Of a stretch of 64,000 nt of DNA, positions 8,651 through 17,390 are shown in pieces. Below the pieces are notes generated by a model. That model saw nothing but the letters and a program-made list of their open reading frames with translations. It searched no databases and was not told the DNA's origin. Source of the DNA: Lachnospiraceae bacterium (lineage in GTDB: Bacteria > Bacillota > Clostridia > Lachnospirales > Lachnospiraceae). Positions within the stretch are counted from its first letter, which is position 1. Every line of letters begins with the position of its first letter. Both the position numbers and the translations under genes were made by a program. The DNA is taken from assembly GCA_024698075.1 (NCBI GenBank), contig JAILRP010000082.1, positions 26,422 to 90,421 on the forward strand, read 5' to 3'.

Positions 8651-8943
8651 AGTCCGTATTCCTTTATCATCATCATAACTTCCCTTTCACATCCTCCGTA
8701 CAGCGCATACGCTTCCCTGGCAGCGCGGACCGCCTCTCCTATCCTGGCAGTATATATGCCTGCGGAAGCCATATCGCTGTCAATGGCGGACATGAAAGCC
8801 TCGTTTGCATCGCCGTCCCAGAAGATGTCCAGATACGCGGCATATCCGGCTATCCTTCCAACTTCTTCATGCAGTTTCATATAAAGCTGCGTGAGCCGTT
8901 CAAGCTTTTCCCAAAGCGGAACATACTCAATACTCATCCTCAA
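8647..8943 (-). CDS. WXG100-like small helical protein
   Basis: 98 aa with the central FWDGDANEAF and the C-terminal LYGGCE (YxxxE). It overlaps the flanking genes by 4 and about 11-17 nt. Confidence 0.7.
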   Translation of the reverse strand: MRMSIEYVPLWEKLERLTQLYMKLHEEVGRIAGYAAYLDIFWDGDANEAFMSAIDSDMASAGIYTARIGEAVRAAREAYALYGGCEREVMMMIKEYGL

Positions 8944-9160
8944 TTCCGATCATCACCCCGCTTCCGTCACAGAGCCCGGCATCAGCCAGACTCATCTCAT
9001 CAGGCAGCTCTCCGCGGCCCGAAAACATTATGAAACAGTTGTTTTTTAATGAGAAAAAACTTCTCACAAATTTCTTAAGATCCCCTACGCAGATCGATTC
9101 CGAGACCCTCATCCACAGCCTCCTGTCCTCTGCCGGAATGATCAATTCTATAGATATCAT
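8927..9160 (-). CDS. YukD/EsaB-like ubiquitin-fold (beta-grasp) protein
   Basis: 77 aa. Its size, its position directly after the EssC-like gene, and the C-terminal pattern LPDEMSLADAGLCDGSGVMI match the YukD family. Confidence 0.7.
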   Translation of the reverse strand: MISIELIIPAEDRRLWMRVSESICVGDLKKFVRSFFSLKNNCFIMFSGRGELPDEMSLADAGLCDGSGVMIGIEDEY

Positions 9161-9179
9161 ATGTTACTAAACCTCTGTT

Positions 9180-12100
9180 TTACTGGATTTGTGAGTTATC
9201 CACATCAAATGCCACCGGTATCTTTATGTTCCCGAAAAACTGTTTTTCATCGAATTTCATAACTGTTGCAATCCCTCTTGCATGTGACTTTTGCATGTCT
9301 GAAAACGGCATGTATGAAAAGTCAAAATTCCTGTTCTCATCGATGCTTCCCCCGAAGTGTATTACGTACGGATGAACGGCTGCGGCATCATATATCTTCC
9401 TCCCGAAATGACGTGAGCCGGCATCATTTTCCATCACCGCCATCACGAGGGGGCCGTGTCCGTCCCACATGGGACTGTTCTCAAAAAAACCTGCCATCTC
9501 ATCTTCTTCTGCAGTGCTCCTGCTGACAGAGTAAAAATCATCTAGCAGCTCCGAAAAGCTTCCTACGGACACTATGCCTCCGTCTTCCATATCACGGCAG
9601 GCCGCGATAAAGCTCAGGTATGACTTTGCGTCCACATATTTTCTGCCGATAAGTGCCGCGGTCACGGAGACATTGAACAGGAACGTGTGCCTTCCCTTAT
9701 ATGGCTTGCCGCCGATCAGTATGCACCTGACAGAGCCAAGCGGCAGCCCAAACACCCTTCCGGTCAGGATCTCATAGCCCGCAGGGAAGATGTCAGTCTC
9801 GGCAGATGCTTCAAGCAGGTGCTCAAGAGTGGGATCATCCGGAAGGTGCGGGTATTTGGGGGCGTCCGTTCCTCCGGGTTCCGGCTCTTTGCCGTCTCTT
9901 ACTGCCTGAAACTCGAGCACTGAACCTGACAGCATTCCCACTCCGCGTCCCGCATATCCTGGGATCTCCGGAATCTCAGCCGCACTTACCCTGAAGAAAG
10001 AGGCTTCCCGGTATATGTCGCTTCCGGCGAGGAACAGACAGGTATCAAACAGCCTCTCCTCCCTTTCCGGTACCGGAGCGGGGGCCGAGGCCAACACCGT
10101 GATGCCGACGCTGCGTCCCAGCATGAGGATGCGCGTTATGTACTCGGCTGAAGAAGGCGCGGCATTTCTGATCCCGTTAAGATCATCCAGGACAAGCACT
10201 ATTCCGGTGCCGCCTCCGCTCTTTCTCCGCCTTGTGAGCTCATCCGACACAAAGATCGCCATGCGAAGTATGTCGGATACCGCATCATCCGTTATATATC
10301 CCCCGCACCAGCTGCACTTTTCCAGCTTTTTGAGCTTTCCTCCGCCAAAGTCGATGATGTATACGGCATATCTTCCCTTAATCCTTCTGAGCAGCGTATT
10401 TATGAGCTCGCTCTTGCCGCTGCCGCTCCGTCCGGTGATAAGGACATTTCCCATCTCTTCGGGAGAATAAAACGCCCGGACGTATCTCTGCGACGCAGGA
10501 TCGTCATATATGGCATAGGCTTCGCTGTCTGAAATCTCCTGCGGGAGCGGAGGAAGAAACAGGCTGCTGCCGTGCCGGATCCCGGCAGTTTCCGCCGCAT
10601 CCCCTATCGCCCTCATCACGAGGTCAAACCATGTCCCTGCGTTATCTCCCGGAGCGTATTCACCCCCTATCTCCTGTTCAAACAGAAGATCCTCATATAC
10701 CCGCGGCCTCTCACCAGCATTACCGGCAACAGACATCGCATAACCGCTCTGAAATTCTGCAGTGCCGGTTGAATTTCCGGCAAGGATGCACCGGCCGCAT
10801 TCTTTTATCGAGGCTGCATCCGGCCGGCCTATGATATCGACCGAATCCGACCTCTCAACGAGCCTTAAGGCTATCCTGAACCCGGAATTGCTTCTTATCC
10901 TTTCATCCACAACACCCGCAGGCTTCTGTGTGGCAAGTATCAGATGCATTCCCAGGCTTCTTCCTATCTGCGAAACGCTGATCAGGCTGTCCATAAGATC
11001 CGGTTCTTCCCTTCGAAGCTCCGCAAACTCATCAACTATTATCAGGATGTGGGGGAGCGGATCGGGGGCCGCCTTGGCATCATACAGCCTCGTATAATCG
11101 TTTATGCTGTTGACGCCTGATGCTGCAAAGATCTTCTGTCTGCGCAGGTTTTCGCTCTTCAGCGCTTTCATTGCCCTGCGTGCATCGATCCTCGAAAGAT
11201 TGGAGATGCTTCCCACAAGATGTGGAAGTCCCTCAAACAGATTTGACATTCCGCCGCCCTTGTAATCTACGAGAAAAAAGGCCAGCTTGTCCGGAGGATA
11301 CCTTGAGGCTAATGACAGGATTATGGTTGTCAGAAGCTCGCTCTTGCCGCTTCCGGTCGTTCCCGCTATAAGGCCGTGGGGGCCGTCTGCCTTCTCATGA
11401 ATGTCAAGGATGACTTTTGCCCCTCCCGGACCAAGCCCTATAGGGGCATATAATGAAGCAGTCGTGTCACTTTCCCTGTATGCGGAAAGGACAGATCCGG
11501 ACAGGTTCCGCGCATCTGCTCCCGGCGGAAGGCCGAGCAGACGTCCGAAGGGGACTTTTTCGGGGATCCCGCCTTCAGTTTCAGACCCTGCCCTTGCAAG
11601 CTGTGAGGCAAACGAAAAGCACATTTCCGGACTGAGCATGTCACACCTGATATCATTCTCCGGCCCGTTTACCGAACATGCAGTCCCGGCAGGGATGCCT
11701 TCCGACCTGGCTATTGCAAGTATCACGGCCCGGCCCTGTGCGGCATGAGCGTATGCCTCCGAAAGATCTCCTGTCACGATCAGGGCCTGTGTGGCGTCAT
11801 CCGCCGGTACATGGGGCAGAAGAGACGTCCACATATAATACCTCATGAGCTCCCCTGCAAGGCTTAAGGCTATCTTAAAGCTATGGGGCGGATATTTGAC
11901 CGCAGCCTGCAGAATGAAGGCCGCAAGTGCCTGCCTGTCATCTTCCGTGTCAAGCCAGAACACCGACAGGCTTCCCTTTGCAAGCCTTACGAGCACCGGG
12001 CAGTCCGGTATGCTCTCATACCTGCGCCCAAGCTCGGCGGGAAGATCTTTAAGGGAATCATCCACTCCGGCGAATCTTTCCTTTGGGACGCTGATCCTGA

Positions 12101-12950
12101 CCGGATTTGGTATCCTTCCGATCCCGGCTCTTACCTCTACGGCCGTATCACCTGCCGGCGGTGTGGCCCATATCATGCATCCTCCGTTCTCCTTAAGATA
12201 TCCGCCGACCTGAGGATATATGCGGGCAAGAGCCTCCGACGCCTCCTTTGTCCTTGCCTTCACGGTCTCCTCACAGGCTTCAAGGTATGATATGTATGTG
12301 CTCCTCCTGCGCCTTTCCTCGGCCTTCTGTCTCCTTGTCCGTCCCATGACATTGACTGCGGCCCAGATCGCCGCAAAGACCGAAGAGAGGACTGCCACAG
12401 TCCTTCCCGCTCCGAGCAGTATCGGGACTGCCATCGTAAGCGCCGGACCTGCTGAGAGCAGTACCGAAGGCTTCTCAGGCACCCTTCTCGGAGGCGGTGC
12501 GTCTATCTCAACCGACGGAGGGGGCTCATACAGGGCCTGGGTCATGGGGATGCGGATATTCTCTGCAGGCTCGCTCCCTCCCGTCCAGATGATGCTGTGC
12601 TCTCCGATCCTTATGCGGTCTCCTACCCTGATGTGGCACCGGCTTCCTTTATTCACTTTTTCTCCTCTTATCACGGCCCCGTTCGTGCCCAGTACTTCAA
12701 CTGATGCCACATCATGCCTGATGCTGCGGATACAAAGGTGAACCCTTGATATGAACGGGTCGGTAAGATGAAGGTCACTGTTTTGGTCCCTCCCGACCAG
12801 AAGAGGTGACCTCTCTCCGGAAAGGTAAAAAACACCCACTGTATTCTCCGGCTGATATAGGATTAACGATAATCTGGAATCATTGCGATGCGTCCAACGC
12901 AAGATGAGATCTAGAAAAAAGAATTCCGTTTGTGGAACGAATGATATCAC
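9180..12950 (-). CDS. essC: EssC/YukB-like FtsK/SpoIIIE-family type VII secretion ATPase with an N-terminal FHA domain
   Basis: 1256 aa with a GTG start. The FHA signature is VGRDQNSDL...ISRVHLCI...GTNGAVIRG. The TM region is LSAGPALTMAVPILLGAG..VLSSVFAAIWAAV. P-loop 1 is GLIAGTTGSGKSELL with Walker B ILIIVDEFAEL. P-loop 2 is ITGRSGSGKSELINTLL with VLVLDDLNG. The third domain has a degenerate Walker A (IGGKPYKGRHT). Confidence 0.88.
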   Translation of the reverse strand: MISFVPQTEFFFLDLILRWTHRNDSRLSLILYQPENTVGVFYLSGERSPLLVGRDQNSDLHLTDPFISRVHLCIRSIRHDVASVEVLGTNGAVIRGEKVNKGSRCHIRVGDRIRIGEHSIIWTGGSEPAENIRIPMTQALYEPPPSVEIDAPPPRRVPEKPSVLLSAGPALTMAVPILLGAGRTVAVLSSVFAAIWAAVNVMGRTRRQKAEERRRRSTYISYLEACEETVKARTKEASEALARIYPQVGGYLKENGGCMIWATPPAGDTAVEVRAGIGRIPNPVRISVPKERFAGVDDSLKDLPAELGRRYESIPDCPVLVRLAKGSLSVFWLDTEDDRQALAAFILQAAVKYPPHSFKIALSLAGELMRYYMWTSLLPHVPADDATQALIVTGDLSEAYAHAAQGRAVILAIARSEGIPAGTACSVNGPENDIRCDMLSPEMCFSFASQLARAGSETEGGIPEKVPFGRLLGLPPGADARNLSGSVLSAYRESDTTASLYAPIGLGPGGAKVILDIHEKADGPHGLIAGTTGSGKSELLTTIILSLASRYPPDKLAFFLVDYKGGGMSNLFEGLPHLVGSISNLSRIDARRAMKALKSENLRRQKIFAASGVNSINDYTRLYDAKAAPDPLPHILIIVDEFAELRREEPDLMDSLISVSQIGRSLGMHLILATQKPAGVVDERIRSNSGFRIALRLVERSDSVDIIGRPDAASIKECGRCILAGNSTGTAEFQSGYAMSVAGNAGERPRVYEDLLFEQEIGGEYAPGDNAGTWFDLVMRAIGDAAETAGIRHGSSLFLPPLPQEISDSEAYAIYDDPASQRYVRAFYSPEEMGNVLITGRSGSGKSELINTLLRRIKGRYAVYIIDFGGGKLKKLEKCSWCGGYITDDAVSDILRMAIFVSDELTRRRKSGGGTGIVLVLDDLNGIRNAAPSSAEYITRILMLGRSVGITVLASAPAPVPEREERLFDTCLFLAGSDIYREASFFRVSAAEIPEIPGYAGRGVGMLSGSVLEFQAVRDGKEPEPGGTDAPKYPHLPDDPTLEHLLEASAETDIFPAGYEILTGRVFGLPLGSVRCILIGGKPYKGRHTFLFNVSVTAALIGRKYVDAKSYLSFIAACRDMEDGGIVSVGSFSELLDDFYSVSRSTAEEDEMAGFFENSPMWDGHGPLVMAVMENDAGSRHFGRKIYDAAAVHPYVIHFGGSIDENRNFDFSYMPFSDMQKSHARGIATVMKFDEKQFFGNIKIPVAFDVDNSQIQ

Positions 12951-12995
12951 ACCGGATCATAACCTGCAATATCCGAATAATCCACAAACGGAATT
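12922..12995 (-). repeat. Perfect 15-bp inverted repeat bracketing the essC-like start codon
   Basis: AATTCCGTTTGTGGA at 12922-12936 and its exact reverse complement TCCACAAACGGAATT at 12981-12995. The GTG start at 12950 and its upstream region fall in the 44-nt loop. The 3' arm covers codons 5-10. Confidence 0.85.
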
Positions 12996-13023
12996 TTGAA
13001 ATTTCTGTAAATATGAACAAAGA

Positions 13024-13569
13024 TCAGGCAACTACCGAACTTCTTATCTCGTCCGATCTTTCCTTACCGAGAAGCAGTGTGATGAGTTCACACGCAAAGT
13101 CAACCGCCGTACCGAGACCCCTTGACGTAGTGATGTTCCCGTCGGTCACAACGGGTTCCGTAACGGGCATTGCTCCTTCAAGGAGATCCTCCATCCCGGG
13201 ATAGCACGTCGCGCGCTTTCCCTTAAGAAGGCCCCGGGCGCCGAGTATCCTTGCGGGAGCGGCACATATCGCGGCTATCCTCTTCCCCTTAAGGTTCTGT
13301 TTGTCAATAATGTCCATGAGCCTTCCGCACTCAAGCAGGTTGACGGTCCCCGGCATCCCTCCAGGAAGCACGACCACATCGGCCCCTTCGGTATCAGCCT
13401 CATCTATCGTGATATCGGCACATACGGGTATGCCCCGCGCCCCTGTGACAACCTTCCTGTCAGGGTATATCGATACCGTCTCAGCCTCCACTTTGGCCCT
13501 TCTTAAAAGGTCTATCGGTGTAAGAGCTTCTATCTCCTCAAATCCGTCTGCAAGAAATACGTATACCAT
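13024..13569 (-). CDS. DJ-1/PfpI family protein
   Basis: About 181 aa counted from the MVYVFLADGFEE start, which has the RBS GGAGGTGACT 0-nt-spaced upstream. It has the conserved AAICAAP nucleophile-elbow Cys context. Confidence 0.85.
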   Translation of the reverse strand: MVYVFLADGFEEIEALTPIDLLRRAKVEAETVSIYPDRKVVTGARGIPVCADITIDEADTEGADVVVLPGGMPGTVNLLECGRLMDIIDKQNLKGKRIAAICAAPARILGARGLLKGKRATCYPGMEDLLEGAMPVTEPVVTDGNITTSRGLGTAVDFACELITLLLGKERSDEIRSSVVA

Positions 13570-13820
13570 AGTCACCTCCGCTGTTTCCAAGTGTCTGCGA
13601 TCACAATCCGTAAAAATATTCTATCACAAACAGCCGGCCATTTCAGGCCGATTTTTACAGATAACACATGTTCTTATATCAAAAGGAGCTCCCATATATC
13701 TTAAGGGGTTTTAAAACAGACAGGAAAACTGTATTATGAAATAACGGACTGCCCACAGCCGGCTGATGCCGGACGGGGCATTCCTGCTGAATTATAATTA
13801 TAATATCACGGAGGGCAGAT

Positions 13821-14048
13821 ATGAATCCTCAGACTATGATGCAGCTCATGGGAGCTGTAAGCTCTTTCAGAAGGGAGCACCCCAAATTCGCCCAGTTTAC
13901 CGAACTCATGATACGGAGCGGCATACCGGAGGGTTCGGTCATCGAAGTGACCGTAACCAAGCCGGGGGAAGAGCCTGTTACGGCGAATATGAAGGTGCTT
14001 CCGTCGGATATCGAACTTATCAATGCGCTCCGGAACATGAAGTCCTGA
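13821..14048 (+). CDS. Small hypothetical protein (75 aa)
   Basis: The RBS GGAGGG is followed by ATG 6 nt later and a clean ORF. I recognise no family. Confidence 0.5.
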   Translation: MNPQTMMQLMGAVSSFRREHPKFAQFTELMIRSGIPEGSVIEVTVTKPGEEPVTANMKVLPSDIELINALRNMKS

Positions 14049-14259
14049 AACGTATATGGCTTACGATCCCGGTCAGCACCACGATCGCGAGCGCCGGATA
14101 TTCTATCCCGGTCAGAAGCATTGTGAGCACGGCAAGCGGAAGGGCGATCATGACCGTTCCGACCGAAGCTGCGCTCCAGTGTTCTTCGAATGACTTTATC
14201 AGAAGCCTTCCGAATACTATGGCGAATAATGCAAGTGTCAACATCAGGATCATGGCCAC
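14020..14259 (-). CDS. Small hydrophobic membrane protein (79 aa, 2-3 TM)
   Basis: Strong RBS AAGGAGGTGTG immediately before the ATG, and a hydrophobic sequence. Its 3' end overlaps the convergent 75-aa ORF by 29 nt. Confidence 0.5.
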   Translation of the reverse strand: MAMILMLTLALFAIVFGRLLIKSFEEHWSAASVGTVMIALPLAVLTMLLTGIEYPALAIVVLTGIVSHIRFRTSCSGAH

Positions 14260-14384
14260 ACCTCCTTTTCCGTTTATTTATCCTCTGCGGCCTGCCTTAC
14301 GATGATATAAGATACACCCGGGGAATTAAACGGTCTTTTACGTCTGATTAAAAAATGATTAAAAACATAAAGGGGAAGATCAGC

Positions 14385-14873
14385 ATGGGAATGGAAATAG
14401 AGCGGAAGTTCACGATAAAACACCTTCCGGAAAATATGGATACTTACAGCCGCCATATCATAGAGCAGGCTTATCTTACGACCGAACCCACGATACGGGT
14501 CCGCCGCGAAGATGACAGGTATTACATGACCTACAAGGGAACGGGCGGCGGCAACACACCTCTTGCCCACGAGGAATACAACCTCCCGCTCACAAAGCAG
14601 GCATATGATACACTCTCATCAAAATCCGACGGACACCTCATAAAAAAAGAGCGTGTCCTCATACCTTACGGGAAATACACGATAGAACTCGACATTTTCG
14701 GTGAACCTTTTGCAGATCTGATCATTGCCGAAGTGGAATTCCCTTCGGTAGACGAGGCGGAGGATTTTACCCCTCCGGATTGGTTTGATGAAGATGTGAC
14801 GGGCAGGCGGGAGTATACGAACTCCTACCTTTCAAGGGCAGACATCCGATGCGGTTCAGAGCGAAAGCGATGA
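14385..14873 (+). CDS. CYTH-domain protein (triphosphate tunnel metalloenzyme family)
   Basis: MGMEIERKFTIKHLP...EQAYL...IRVRREDDRYYMTYKG...EVEF: this is the ExExK start motif and a CYTH-like pattern. I moved the start to the ATG that has an RBS (AAAGGGGAAG). Confidence 0.8.
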   Translation: MGMEIERKFTIKHLPENMDTYSRHIIEQAYLTTEPTIRVRREDDRYYMTYKGTGGGNTPLAHEEYNLPLTKQAYDTLSSKSDGHLIKKERVLIPYGKYTIELDIFGEPFADLIIAEVEFPSVDEAEDFTPPDWFDEDVTGRREYTNSYLSRADIRCGSERKR

Positions 14874-15800
14874 TGCGGGATCTATGCCCATCGAGATATT
14901 AAGGCATTCAATAGCCGCCCCGCTGGCGCCCTTGCCCAGATTGTCAAATACGGACATCACCTGTATCCGCTCATCGTTTCCGGATACTATGATGTCGGCA
15001 CGGTCGAGCCCGGCCATTTCGTTGGCTGCGACAAACCCGCCCTTCTCTTTTTCCGATCCGAATTCACGTACCCTTATGAACGGCTTGTCAAGATAGTACT
15101 GCGCATACATGTCACGGAGCTCCCCGGGGCTCATCTTCTTTTTCATAAGGCGGGCATGGAGCGGAACATTTACGATCATCCCGCAGTAATAATCATCAAC
15201 GGTCGGAATGAAGACCGGCTCGTGATCGAGTCCGGTTATGATCTTCATCTCGGGAAGATGCTTGTGCATCTGCGAAAGGGCATATTCCCTCGGCGAATCA
15301 AGCTCGGCGGCTCTTTCTTCGGCCTCATATAAAGCTATGGCTTTTTTTCCTGCCCCAGAATATCCCGAAAGCGCCGGAACCGTGAACGGATAGTCGGAGC
15401 CGAGTATCCCCATGGCCACGAGCGGATAAGCGAGCATTATGAAGCCTGATGCATAACATCCGGGAACCGCGATACGCTTTGAAGTCCTGATCTTCTCATA
15501 AAAAGCATCCGAAAGCTCAGGAAACCCATATGCCCATCCGCTGTCCACCCTGTGGGCGGTAGATGTGTCTATTATGACCGTATCAGGGTTTTCACACAGT
15601 TCGCACGCTTCTATCGCCGCCGCATCGGGCAGGCACAGAAACGCATAGTCCGCGCTCTCGATCAGCCTTTTACGCTCGGCAGGATCCTTTCGAAGATCCG
15701 GATCGATCTCAAGCATCTGAAGATCCTTCCTCTCGGCCAGCCTCTCCCTTATCCGAAGTCCTGTGGTTCCCTCACTTCCGTCAATAAAAACCTTAGTCAC
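14856..15800 (-). CDS. argC: N-acetyl-gamma-glutamyl-phosphate reductase (short, type-2 form)
   Basis: 314 aa. KVFIDGSEGTTGLRIRERL and the GCYASG active-site Cys context are typical of ArgC. Confidence 0.88.
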   Translation of the reverse strand: MTKVFIDGSEGTTGLRIRERLAERKDLQMLEIDPDLRKDPAERKRLIESADYAFLCLPDAAAIEACELCENPDTVIIDTSTAHRVDSGWAYGFPELSDAFYEKIRTSKRIAVPGCYASGFIMLAYPLVAMGILGSDYPFTVPALSGYSGAGKKAIALYEAEERAAELDSPREYALSQMHKHLPEMKIITGLDHEPVFIPTVDDYYCGMIVNVPLHARLMKKKMSPGELRDMYAQYYLDKPFIRVREFGSEKEKGGFVAANEMAGLDRADIIVSGNDERIQVMSVFDNLGKGASGAAIECLNISMGIDPASSLSL

Positions 15801-15890
15801 TTTTTCTCTCCCTATGTCATTTACAGATCCGATGCTGCCGGATCCGCTGCTTTGGCACTTTCTGTCAGTCCCGATCCGAAAGCTTCCCGC

Positions 15891-17384
15891 TCATCTCGCA
15901 TACAGGCGGGTCATTTTCCTCATCTTGCCGGCCAGGCTTGCAGAGAATGCGCCTTCCTTCATCCTCCACTCCCAGTTCCCTCCGAGCGTGGACGGCGTAT
16001 TGATCCTCGCACCTGAATCAAGGCCGAGCCAGTCCTGCATCGGGATCACGCACAGATCGGAAACGGATCCCATCGCAAGCCTGATGAAGGCCCATGATAT
16101 ATCCCTGTTGTTCTTAAGATTGCTCCTGCCAAGGTATGACAGCGCCATCCTTCGGTCCGCGGCCTTCAGCTTCTTAAACCATCCCACCGTCGTGTCATTG
16201 TCATGGGTGCCTGTATATACCACGCTGTTGTGTTCATAATTGTGCGGAAGGTAATCCGAATCCTCCCTCGGGTCAAACGCGAACTGAAGCACCTTCATTC
16301 CGGGATATCCGGTCCTTTTCACAAGCCTTATCACCGAATCCGTAAGAAACCCAAGATCCTCCGCGATCATGGGCAGATCTCCGAGCTCATCCTTTATGGC
16401 CTTGAATATCTCATATCCGGGACCCTTCCTCCATTTTCCGAATTCCGCCGTCGGATCCTTGTAAGGTATGGCATAATACTCATCAAATCCCCTGAAATGG
16501 TCGATCCTCACTATATCATAAAGCAGGAAGCAGTGCCTGATACGCTCCGTCCACCATTTATAACCCGTCTTCTTATGGTATTCCCAGTCATAGAGCGGAT
16601 TGCCCCATAGCTGTCCGGTAGCCGAAAATCCATCCGGAGGGCATCCGGCGACCGCCGTCGGGAACCCTTCCTCATCAAGCTGGAACAGTTTCGGGCCGGC
16701 CCATGTATCTGCACTGTCAAACGACACATAGATTGGAATATCACCTATTATTTTAATCCCGCGGTAGTTGGCATGCTTTTTCAGCGCCATCCACTGTTCT
16801 AAGAACTTAAACTGCAGGAACTTGAAAAATTCTATCTCCGCGGAATTTTTCTCCTTATAAATATCAACTGCTTTTTTATCATGTTTCCTGAGCGGAGCAT
16901 CCCATTCCGTGAAGCTTGCCCCTCCGTAGGTATTCTTTACCGCCATGTAAAGAGCATATTCATCCAGCCATTTCCTGTTCTGCCTGCAGAACCTGCCGTA
17001 GCCCTTTTCCTTTTCAGGCACAAAACGCCCAAAAGCCTTCTTCAGCATTTCAAAACGGGTGTTATACAACATTTCGTAGTCAATCTTTCCCGTATTTGCG
17101 CATTCGTATGCTTTTGCCTCTTTTTCGGTAAGCAGCCCCTCCGAGACCAGAATGTCGGGATCTATGAAATAAGGGTTCCCGGCAAACGTTGAGAACGACT
17201 GGTAAGGACTGTCGCCATAGCTCGTCGGACCAAGCGGCAGTATCTGCCAACAGCTCTGGCCGGCCTCGCTGAGCCTGTCCACGAAAGCATAGCTTTCTTT
17301 TCCGAAAGTTCCTATTCCGTATTTTCCCGGAAGCGATGCGATCGGCATCAGCACTCCGCTCTTTCTCTCTTTTTTCATATCCAC
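15891..17384 (-). CDS. malQ: 4-alpha-glucanotransferase (amylomaltase, GH77)
   Basis: 497 aa. SGVLMPIASLPGKYGIGTFG, WGNPLYDW, RIDHFRGF, GDLPMIAEDLG and VYTGTHDNDT are GH77 signature blocks. Confidence 0.93.
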   Translation of the reverse strand: MDMKKERKSGVLMPIASLPGKYGIGTFGKESYAFVDRLSEAGQSCWQILPLGPTSYGDSPYQSFSTFAGNPYFIDPDILVSEGLLTEKEAKAYECANTGKIDYEMLYNTRFEMLKKAFGRFVPEKEKGYGRFCRQNRKWLDEYALYMAVKNTYGGASFTEWDAPLRKHDKKAVDIYKEKNSAEIEFFKFLQFKFLEQWMALKKHANYRGIKIIGDIPIYVSFDSADTWAGPKLFQLDEEGFPTAVAGCPPDGFSATGQLWGNPLYDWEYHKKTGYKWWTERIRHCFLLYDIVRIDHFRGFDEYYAIPYKDPTAEFGKWRKGPGYEIFKAIKDELGDLPMIAEDLGFLTDSVIRLVKRTGYPGMKVLQFAFDPREDSDYLPHNYEHNSVVYTGTHDNDTTVGWFKKLKAADRRMALSYLGRSNLKNNRDISWAFIRLAMGSVSDLCVIPMQDWLGLDSGARINTPSTLGGNWEWRMKEGAFSASLAGKMRKMTRLYAR

Positions 17385-17390
17385 CTCACA

